Positions 39,101 to 51,100 of a stretch of DNA of 64,000 nucleotides are shown here, one piece after another; position 1 is the stretch's first letter; every line of letters starts with the position of its first letter. Position numbers and translations under genes: made by a program. The DNA comes from Glycera tridactyla (taxonomy: Eukaryota), in assembly GCA_965644265.1 (NCBI GenBank), contig OZ286463.1:72850001-72914000 (forward strand), written 5' to 3'. Under the pieces are notes generated by a model. The model saw nothing but the letters and a program-made list of their open reading frames with translations. It searched no databases and was not told the DNA's origin.

Positions 39101-42100
39101 CTTGACCTCTTGATGGTCACATGATCAGCAGTGGGTGTGGCCAACACAACTGAGGCATGTATGGCAAGCTGATTCCCCTTTTTGTTATATCTTGTAACAG
39201 AATGTCTATTCTGAGTGGAAACAGCCATACTACCGATATCATGCACCGACAATCCCCATCAATGCATTCCCTTATATTAAGGAAACCAGTGCCTCTATAT
39301 ATTCATCATTTATCGAGATTGTTATTCATAACGATAAAATTGGTCTCTTTCATTTATCAGAACTAACTTGTTGAATTCAAGCTGAGGATGAGTCACCCCT
39401 TCAAACTCCTTTTCTTATCTAATTCCCCAGAAATGGCCATGGCAACCCACAATGTCACCATTTTTATGGATGCCAACTTCTGATGGACAAAAATAGTAGC
39501 AGTGCCAATTTCAAAGAGTAGCAGTGCCAGTATTTGCAATGTGATAATAAGGAAAAATCTTGATTTTTCAGAGTAGCATCCCTATCAAAATGCAGGAATT
39601 TTGGCGTAAAAAGAGTAGCTGCTACTCCATAAATGTAGGAGTTGGCATCTCTGCACTTTGAGCGTAAGCAGTATACCTACTATATCCTGCTCCTTCCCAA
39701 TAAACATCCACAGATTTCTCAATATTTTCATTCCAAATGACAGGTGATAGTACCAATTTATCTACTTATTCTCAAACTAATGATGAATTGCATATAACAA
39801 CATGAAAATCGGCATAGTCTGCTAGATCACTGGGAACCGATGTGGCACTGGTATGACTCAAGATCTACAGCACTATTCATATAGGATATGGTGTGAGGAT
39901 TGAAGATATGTATGGTGAGAAAACATTGCTTGATTGTGGATTGTGTAGTGAATTGCCATCACTGCCATCTATTGGCTGCTGGCTGAAACAAGTCACTGCA
40001 GAGTGGCCAGTGCCAACTCATGAAGGAGGGGCATTCTAGGACAGACTAGCATCAAGTCCATTACTAAGCTATATTTCATGGACAATGTGGTATATTTCAT
40101 TGACAGCATATTATGCACTGCGATCATCAGAATGTGAGGGTGTTCAAGAATCCAAGCCCATGTCTCAGTGTTAGGTATCAGTAGTCTGGATGTGTTAATT
40201 CTGTTCTGAATATGACTGAGGTAGTTATGTCTGTGTGTGGGGGGCAATGGTTGTGTGGTCAATTCAGAGAATATATGTTTCCGATCCTTATCCTTGGCGT
40301 CTCTTGCCTGTACACAATACAAACCATAACACTCATCACTCGGAACACCAACTGAACTGTCCTCCTGTATTCAGGGATTGTTAATTGGAATGTATGCCAT
40401 CGAAAATTAATATGGGTCCATGCCGAAATCTGACTCTCGTAATTAATTTATGACAGTGCCCACATCTCACACTGAGGGTTAATGAGGATCCATGGCCACA
40501 TTTCAGTGTGGCAATTAATACAGGAACATGTTCATGTTTCAAGCCGATGATGGGACCACGACCACATATCAAGCTTTTTGGGAGCCATGCCCATCTGGAA
40601 ATTAATATGGGAAGAAACTGTCACATGTCACTTTGGTAGTAGTGATTGAACATGAGGAATGTATTACAATCATCACGGAGCATCTGGAGCAACATGCTCT
40701 TCCCGGTCTTCCAGCATGCACACTCACCCGATGATTGCTGACTATATGTAACTGAATCAAAGAAAGAATCAACATATCAGAATGACAATCACCAAAATAA
40801 AAAAAATCTCAGTACCTGAAAGAGAATTGTCAAGATTCATTACTGCATAAGTAATGGAGTGTAAAAAAAAGGTTGATCATAATGGCAATTCATACTGAAG
40901 TTGAACCTACTTCGATGATCACCTCTGCCTAATGAACACATGCCTAGAATGACCACCCCTGATGAAAAACATAAGATTTTCGATAGAATTTGCATTCAAC
41001 CCAAATGAGTTATATCATATACTGCATGTGTAGGAATGCACCAACATGGCATTTTTCCATTCATATGAGACTGTATTCATGGTGGGAGGGGTCTTGCAGT
41101 GATGGATTTTCCAATAGCCTATTGACTCTATTGACAGAGGCCATCTCTACACTAAGAGCAGCTTGGCCCGAAACCATGGATGGTCATAGTAGACAGGTTC
41201 AACCATATGAATTCCTCCTATGAATACACTCACACCCATGAAAAATTATTTGATAGAGTGGGGTATGACTGTTTTTCACAGAACACCAAACTGACAACTA
41301 GAGATACTTTCACTCTAAAATAAAGGTATTCCTCTGGTTTGAAAATGAGTATGGCTTGGAACAAGGGTAATCACAAAGCAAATTCCTGAATTCGCGATAC
41401 TGCTGTATCAATGAAACAGTCAGAAATAAGCATGCAGTAGATTACTTCTCTTTTTGCCTGTTTCTCTAAGTTTAGATAGATGGGAAAACATATTCCATCA
41501 ATTCTTACGAAAAAAGTAAAAAGTTAATGGCATTCTCAACAAGAAATACACTCAGAGATTTTGTGGAAGAAATGCATATTTCGAAAAATGACTACAGAGA
41601 CATGTCTTCTACTCAAAAGGGAAATCCAATACATTTCACTGTAACATCTTTTGCCTTCAAAACACAATTGGCCCCTTTATTGAACAAAGTGGCCTCACAA
41701 ACATCAAGACTGATTATGTTCAAAGTACATCAAGGAAGCCTAAGAGCAGGCCAGTACAACTGCCCATCCAATGATGAAGAATTCCATGCAGACTAAATCT
41801 TCACTGGGCTCTACTGGGATACATATAATTTTAACAAAGACATGATAAAAGCTTTGAGAATAGTACAACATATGAGAACATATCTAATATTCAATCAGAC
41901 ATGCATGTATGAAAATCTCTTCTCAATTCTACATATTGTTTGATATGAGACAAGCAACAAAATAGTACAGATTCTTCACAATTTCGGGATGAGCATTTCT
42001 ACCTATGATAGGTTAACAATGCTAAAAGTTTATTCTGACCTGGACTCATTAAACTGAAAAAGCACCCTATATCCATTTCAATTTTCTTTGAGGAATCTGG

Positions 42101-45100
42101 TATCCAGAAGATAATGCCTCTATAGCTATGAAATTTGGAAAATGCTCAAGTGATAAGATTCTCCACTTGATATCATCTTATAATCTCATGACATACTAAC
42201 TTTGCAAATTATTAACAAACTTTTAATCTCATGACATACTAACTTTGCAAATCATTAACAGTTTTAGCTGATGCAACACCATAGGATATGATAAGATATA
42301 TATTTCATCTCATGCAATCTTGATAACACCGGCTCCAATCCATGATCAGTCTGCACAGATACTATGAATCATTGGTAATTACTGTAGTCAAACCTGTTTG
42401 AGGGCCCACCTCTGTACAAAGGCCACAAAGGGCTTTCGTGAGCCGCAAATATGATACAGCTCATCTATCTACAAAAAACACTTCTTGATTGGAATCTTGG
42501 TGGTCTTTGTAGACTGTAATTGATATGGACTGGAATGATCAACAAATTTGAAATAAATCCTATGATGTTGAGATCCTATGTTTTGCAGATATAATATAAA
42601 GTACTGTCTCGAAGAATCTTTGTCTCATTGATGAACATCAACATCAATACATGATTCAATCTTCAGAACTGTCATCCTGATGTGTTCCATGATGAACCAT
42701 ACCAGTATGTGTAGATAATGCTACATCCCATAACATATTAAAATACTAAATACAAGTTCAGAAACTAACAGAGATGTACAGGGTTCATATGATCACTGTT
42801 GTCATGGGTAAAGGTTGCATTTTCTTGTGCATCTGAAAGTAGCCTCCGTCTCTCCATCTCCACACAGCATCCTTGCAGCAAAAAACGGGTAAGCATGGAC
42901 AAAGATGCAAGACACCAGCAGGTCTCAGAGGAATTGGTCAAACCAGGTGATGGGTGAGGCAAGTCAGGATAATTCAGTGAGAATGATATGGAAAGTGAAA
43001 CCGACGTCAAGCCAAGTCTCATTCAGAAAATACCATACAAATGAATGGAAGAACAGTGAGACAATCAAAAATGCTTTCGTTATGGGAGGCAATCCAATCG
43101 AAGTAGAGAGTCATATACATTTCCAAGAAATCCTTAACATTCCACGAAATTTGCATGATCCTGAAAATTGCAGCAACCCAACAATGTCCAATGGAATACA
43201 GAGGGGAACATGAAGAAAATTCTTATGAGATAGCAATGCAGAAATAGTTGCGATGGAACCAAATACTCCCCCAATATCAATTTAAATCTTCAGAGAAGTG
43301 GTAATCATATGAAAGAGCAAATCTGAGGAGAATACACATTCTGGGGAGGACATACAATCAGGATGTGTGCAGTTTCTCTTACTCTCACTTTTACGATGTC
43401 ACAGAGTGCTCTTCTGTATTTGACATACATCTACTGCTCATTTGCTATATTATGTATTAATTTTTCTCTTTTTTTCCAATTGAATTGGAGATAGCTCAAT
43501 TAAGCTTATTACACTTGAATAAATATTTATGAGACAAAATGTAGTTCTTTTGATTCGATTCAACTCCATAATACAATGCACACCCTCCATAGCACAATTA
43601 TTCATAATTTGCCATGCATATTTTGTTCTTCGATCATTTTGATTTATGATTATTGGTTACTTATACAGTGAAACCTGCTTGAGTGTAAACCTGCGCTAGG
43701 CAAAATCCTGTCTTAAGCACATACCCCACAGTCTGCCCGGATGTTTTTTTCTCACTATAATTGTCCTGCGCTAAGCAAAATCCTGTCTTAAGTGGAAGAA
43801 AAATTTGGTCCCGTGACTTTTCACTTAAGATAGGTTTCACTGTACTCATGATGCCATTAGCGGGAACATGCAACAACATTTAAGATGTTATATGAATAAG
43901 TTGGAGGAAAGAGAACAAACAACATGTGAATATCTTCCCATTACTTTTGACTAATGGCTGATGATGCCATGTTGGAATAAATCATGTTGCGAGCACAGAA
44001 TCTTGTGAAATTTGTGAGCTTGGAATTCAATGAGCTATACGTGAAAGATAAGAGATTTATGCCACAAACTGAAAGAGAAGCTGGACTGCGCCATGAGAAC
44101 AGGAAGGACTGTATTCATAAGGAGAATGAGATGGAACAAAATATAGACATTAATGGGCTGAAAAAAAAATATGATCTGGGGATATAACATATGTACATGG
44201 TTCTCATAGTGAATGTGCAGACAAAGGTGAAGAAAAAACAACGAATGTGTCATAATTGAGAAACAAGTGGTGATGTGTGATGCTAAAACAAAGGATGGAT
44301 TGAATGTAAGACAAAATATAACAGTGAAGAAGTGATGAGATTGTGACAGAATCAAAATGGTAGGGCAATGGAGTAGTTTGGTTGAAGGTAAATGAAACAT
44401 AAAGCTGAAATGAATTGAAGATGTTACACAAATTTGCTTAAAACCAGGGGACAAGACATAATGTAACATAACAGAATGTGACAGAACATAGTAAGAGTGG
44501 CGAGAATGTGGGTTGCAAGAAGCAAGAAGAAGCTGAAGGAAAGTCGAAAGACAGAAATGATTGTTATCGATAAGGTTCATTGAAGTAGACAAGATCAGAA
44601 AGAGAGAATCACGTAAGAGATGATGTCATGACAAGTATTGTAGGCCAGAAAGGAAGTTTGATGGCATGATAAATCAAGAAGCATGATGATAGATAACAAT
44701 GGTACATGAATAATCAGACAAAGTGAAAGTGGAGAAGCAGGCAAAACCACAAAGCCCATATCAAAGAGAATTGCCACTAATGTCATGGTATGAAAGAGAT
44801 TCTCAAAATATGAAAGAGGAAGCACAAGAAGTACCATTCATTTGGTTGGGAACTTGAGAAATGAGAACAATGATAGTCCCAGTAATGACCGTTGTCATAT
44901 GAATTCTCATCTCTGTGTATCATTGTATACAATGATATGCCCTCCCAATGAAGAATGCATCAACAAACTTTCATTCAGCATTTTGCATGTTACCATAAGA
45001 ATGAATGGTGGCCAGTGTTGTTTGGGGATTTTCATCTCAACTTTGCTGCCAAATGAAGAATGACCCTATTTTTCTCATCAAATCAAAAACTGTGGAGTCC

Positions 45101-48100
45101 ATTCCAAAAGTCAGAAATGCAAATAACTAGCAAATAGTATGCAAATGAGTCAATGTATATGAACAATGGACAATGGTCATGCAGATGTTGATGATTTTTC
45201 GCCAGTATACAGGATAATGTTATTGCTTGACAGACTTTCTGTAGTGCATTTTCGTCAAATTTCAACCTGTCAGTCAAAGGCGAGCCCGTCTGTCAAAGCT
45301 CTGCCCGTCAGTCAAAAATGAGTAGGTCTGTCAAAGCTCTGCCTGTCTGTCAGAAGGTGAGCCCGTCTGTCAAAGCACTGCCTGCCTGTCAAAATCTAAG
45401 TTGGCCTGTCAAAGCTCGGCCTGCCTGTCAAAAGGTGAGCTGGTCTGTCAAAGTTCTGCCTGTCTGTCAAAAACTAAGTTGGTCTGTCAATGCTCTGCCT
45501 GTCAGTTAAAGGTAAGCTGGTTTGTCGAGGCTCTGCCTGTCTGTCAAAGGTAGGCTAATTTGTCAATGCTCAGCCTGTCTGTCAAAGGTGAGCTGGTTTG
45601 ACAAAGCTCTGCCTGTCAGTCGAAGGTAAGCTGGTCAGTCAAAGCTTCACCTGTCTGTCAAAGGTGAGCTGGTTTGTCAAAGGTGAGCTGGTCGGTTAAA
45701 GCTCTGTCTGTCTGTCAAAGGTGAGATTGTCTGTCAAAGCTCTGCCTGTCTGTCAAAATTCTGCCTGTCTGTCAAGGGTAAGCTGGTCAGTGATTTATCA
45801 TTCTGTATGCCAGCAACCTCATCCCATACTTTTCTTTTTTCGCAAAGAGGACATCATACTTGATCAGTTGATTACAATGGAGAATAGCAGGAAAGCTCAT
45901 CATCAACAATGTGACTGGTGCTGGGAAATAAACACATCTGAGAAGTCATAATCATATCATCCATGAGAGATGAGAGTGTATTCAAAGTTAATATGAATTC
46001 TCTTATGGCCTATGTAGGTATTAGATTTCTTTGAATGTTTTCCCTTGAGGAATGCATGGAAAATCCCTGTCACAAAACAAGTGGAATCAACCGTAATATG
46101 ATAACAGACAAATTCAAGATGATAATCGAGGACCAAAGAGTAGAAGAGATATGGACCAGAAAGGATGTGTTACATTGATGACGAGTAAAATACAGCTGGC
46201 AACCAATGATTCTGTTGCTTAACAAGAGAGAGTAGACACCGATTGTATATCAGTGCCAAGGCAGAGCAAGGTGACACACTGTCAACCATAGTATACCCAT
46301 AATGGTATACCCAAGACAAAGATTGAGGAGAAACAACTGTCAGTGAGTGACACCCGTTATGCAATTGGTTTGCAAGTGCCAGATCAAGAATGGCATTCAC
46401 ACCTGCACAAATATCATGCTATGATGGTCCAGTGCATTGGTTTGGTAGAAAGCAATGCTGCATTCAGAGAAGTCGGCACAATTCTGGAGGAGTGGGGGAA
46501 ACAATCAACCAGGTCAATGCAGCCAAGATGGTTGCAAACTCCCAGTGTTACAATCACAGAATATCAAGGTACTTCATTCCATTTTATTTAGACTCCATGG
46601 TTGCAGTGAGTGATTAAAAGCCACAATACAATTAACATGAGTTCACTCAAGCAGTACAAGCACACTTATCATCTCCGGATGCAAGAATTTCTTACACAGA
46701 CATAAAACACTAGGTATGATCCCTACTCCTCTAGAGATCGTCCTTCTCCATAAACCTATTCAACAGTGTACAACTTACAGACATATGGTGTGATAGTCGG
46801 AACAGTGGATGGGAGGAATAGGGAGGTGGGTGGGTTGGTGTAATACCCCTTTACATACCCACGCCAAAAATTGATTTGGATGTGCTGGACTGCCCACTTG
46901 GTGCTGGACTGCCCACATGAGAATTATCAATGGGAATATTAGCTTTCTCTCTCAAAACAGTTAAAATCTGATAAAACCAGTATTGGTTAACAAAGTGGGA
47001 ATTGCATGGCAGAATAATTAATACCATTCTAATGATTCTTTAACCAATATCACAGAGTTCTTGTAAATTCAAAAAGGGGGGAGGACTCCTACCTATGATT
47101 GCACCAGTCACCACTTTAATGTATATCTCAATCAACTCTTATGACATATTCATCAACATTACCAGTTCATTTGGGTACCATACCCAATCATAATATCTTT
47201 CATAACACACCTACAAAGCTACTCCCATGGATGCAATCTGTTGATACATGCTAGATGGTTCCTCATGCACTACTCGAAACAGAAGTCTCAATCCATATGT
47301 TATGACAGAAATACAGATGTTTCAGTCACCTTTCAAGGATGCATTCTTCGTTGAAGAAGCTCACTTTTTTGACACTTCCTCTAGTTCCTACCAAAATGTC
47401 TTTTTTCCAGTCCATATCTGCACCAGATATACAATATAGAAAATATAGTACAGTAAAACCTGCTCGAGTGAAAACCTGTGCTAGGTGAAATCCTGTCTTA
47501 AGCACATACGCCACAGACTGCCCAACTGTTTTTTCACTATAATTATCCTGGATTAGGCAAAAACCTGTCTAACCTGAACATGTTAGAGAGGTGATCGCTT
47601 GTCACAGGTCATTTAAGAAGTATTTGGTATTTTGGCAAACAAAAGCGATCATTCAAGAGAGGTGATCGCACATGACTGGTTTCACTGTATTTCTAATCTA
47701 TATCAGATAAACAGTGGTGAAATCCTGTGCTAAGTGAAATCCTGTCTTAAGTGAAAAAAAATGTTTGGTCCCGTGACTTTTCACTTAGGACAGGTTTTAC
47801 TGTACCTCAAATTTGGACTGGCTATATGTCTGAAAATTCATAGCCCCTGCCAACAACATATGCAACTCGATAAATCAAACCATATCTCCATAGATATATT
47901 ACATCATGTATGAAATATATTGAACAGTAAGAACAAAATTACAATTCAAGTATGAAATCTACCAGCTAATGAGTATACATGTATATAGTGGTTCAAATCT
48001 ACACAGAAAAACCTATGGAACATCGTCAGGGGAAAATTTATTTTTGAAAAGAAAATAACCGCTCCAGGAAACCAGTTAGGTAGCAATACAAAATTGCCAA

Positions 48101-51100
48101 AATGAACACCTCATATTAGCAAATTAATGGGAAACACTATCCGCATAAATGAAATGATGCATCAAATGCTGGAAACAATGAGGATTTGATACATAAGGCT
48201 CTACCGCTGCCATGTGTCATCGATGAAGAATACACAAGAAACATCTCACTGGGTGAGCATATGGAGAAATCAGTAAAATGAAGTTCCTTAACATCACAAT
48301 TTACCAAATCATGACTGAGTATGTCTTAAATGGTAGCAGATCCAATCTCAGTTTTGAACATTTCTCAACAAAGCTAACACCAAGTGAGACAATTGATGAG
48401 TATCATAATACGAATATTTCTGCCTTAAACCACAGATGTTCTCAGAATCAGTATGAAAACTACAGAAATATCTCCCTGTCTGATTGATTATTTTGCATAA
48501 TTCATATTCAAAAATTTATAGGATTTGACAAAATAAGAAACTTTCGTGGCCGTCTGGTATAATCCATAATGTAAGATAGGAATAGTAATGATGTTCAAAT
48601 TTAAAATATATGGTATTGACTACAACCTGTGAAATCTCAAAATATTTCACAGGAACTTTCCCAATGCTCCAATCATGAAATCTGGCTGAATATTAGAGGG
48701 AGTGAATCTAGTTTTGGGAGAGTGAAAAAGGCCGGAATCTCAGGTGATATAGCAAGAATATATGGCCGTGAAGTAAAAACGCAATACCAAACAAGCTGTG
48801 AATTTCACCAGATGTCACGAGGCCGAATCTGGAGAAGTTCTCACCAAGTTTGGTATTGTGTTTTCACCTCACGGTTATTTAGTCTTGTTTTTATCACATG
48901 GATTATAGGATAAATCATCAAAAAGTAGTTCTCGCTCAGCTGTGAAGTATCACACGCAATAGTCAACACCTGATACTTCACTGAAAATAGCACATCCCTG
49001 TGATAACACACACTTTCACTATGTGTTTTATCTTTCATGCAATGATAATTTCCATTTGCGTGCCTCCTTTTAACCTGTGCAAAAGTAGGACGATTTTTGG
49101 GTGGGAGTGTGATTTGTTCATTCTACTCTCCTGAGGGGAGGGTGGCTATCAAAGTTTTTCACTAATGCTGCCACATATAGATATTGCAAAAATGGCAATG
49201 ATAATGCATATATACAATGGCACCTATGACGAGTAGGCATCTTGAATCCTTGATTTGCCCATCGTTGACAGATGTTTGCGGGTTACATGAATTTTTTGCA
49301 CAGGAATGACGGAATGGTGATTGCTCGCCACAGGTTCCACTGTATCATGATAAATCTGTGGTATAATGCTTTACAAGGCAACCTGTCTGTCATACTTGAG
49401 TAAAACTGATGACCCAGCCTATTGATAAATGAAAAGACAGAGAATGGAAATGCATAGGCTATAACCTGTAAAATATGGGCCCACTGCAACAAACTTGTCA
49501 ACCGCTCTGTTAATACCATGGTAAGAATACAACTGGTTTTCCACACCACCTTCAGAGGTCACAGGTAACTTGTATGAATCTGATACAACTTTCCAACTTC
49601 TGCAATTATGATGCCTAATATGGAATATCTTGCACCGCGCAGGTCAAATTTGTCCATAACAGAATATCCTTTCAAAGGATTGGTACATATGGTCAAGCAT
49701 ACCATACATAATTCATACTGTAAAGTAAAACAATAACTCGCACATGACTTGAACACCCATATATTTTCCACTTGAACTAAACAAGATAGGTTCACAATAT
49801 ACTAGACGCAAGTACTTTCGGCCTGCTGTACAGGGCCTTCTTTAAGCGTAATTAAGTATCAAGATAGGTATAGCAAGTGTCATGGGTGAGTAGTCATTCA
49901 TTCATATCATTATGATCATGATAATAAATGAGAGAACACTTACCCTTTTTAAATGATTACCCATTCTAAATCTTGAATATCGACTGCAACTCTTTCATGA
50001 AATACTATGATCGCAATTTGATTCACCTCAATTCCAAGATAAGTTTTATCATCCCATGAGATCAACTGATTAGAGGAATTGCACCATATAAATTTCATGA
50101 TGACTCTCCATTTTCCACTACCAGTTACCTGCACCTCATCTCCTTTGGTACAATGGTGAGAGTAAGCAGAGGGGTCAACAGAGGTTGTAATGATTACAAG
50201 ATGGGTGTGTGGCCCAAAATAAATATGAGAACAGAATACAGGAACATACCAGATAGTGGTATGTTACCAAACCTATATTCAGCATATCACGTGAATTCTT
50301 GAGCCATGTTTGAAATTACTGATAAATATCCTCCCAAACACCACAAAGCATAGGCATGTACCAACATTTAAGGTAAGCAGAACACCCTGCCAAGGAGTAA
50401 GATTTGTATAGCTAAACTGATCCCAACAACCTGTAAACCACAGCCATAGCAAGCCCGTGCATAGGCATAACATCTACCCTTAATGTGATATTGGATTAAG
50501 GTCAGAAAGAAGAAAAGCAATGAGTTATCCCTGCATAATTCTGATATTCTTGTTTAATGACTGACTGCATGGCAGAGCTGCCATTGATACTACAGAGAAA
50601 CTTGTGATGGAAAACTTCCAGCAAGAAACTGATGTCTTATCAACTTCTAAGGGTAGCTTATATATTTGTTATAGCTTGGTATATTTCAGATAAGAGATCT
50701 CTTAGCAGACCATGTGGTGGACATTTGTGTTGTCGCTCATTGCTGGTAAGATCTTTAGCTTTAATATGCATGATTAATAAACATGAATGTCAATCTTCTG
50801 AATTTGAACAGTAATGATGTAAACTTTCTCTAGTACTGATTGCAGTACATTGTATCTGCAGTAATGAACAAAGGTTAGAATTTCACAGTGTAATGTCATG
50901 CAAATGCTCAGAAAGTTGCCCGAGAAGAAGTACAGTGGTAACCATTATTTCCAAAATTATAATGGTTGGCATTTCTAAATTCGACCCAAACATTTCACTC
51001 TTCATCCAATGAGCTGCCCTGATATCTTTCCATGCCATATTACCATCTGTTTGTATACAAGGAAAGGCTCAAAACATCACCTGACAGGCATTACATATCA

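Noticed and set aside
44035-44837. 185-aa and other Leu/Phe/Ser/His-rich minus-strand ORFs
   Set aside because: Explained by a pyrimidine-rich strand with few stop codons
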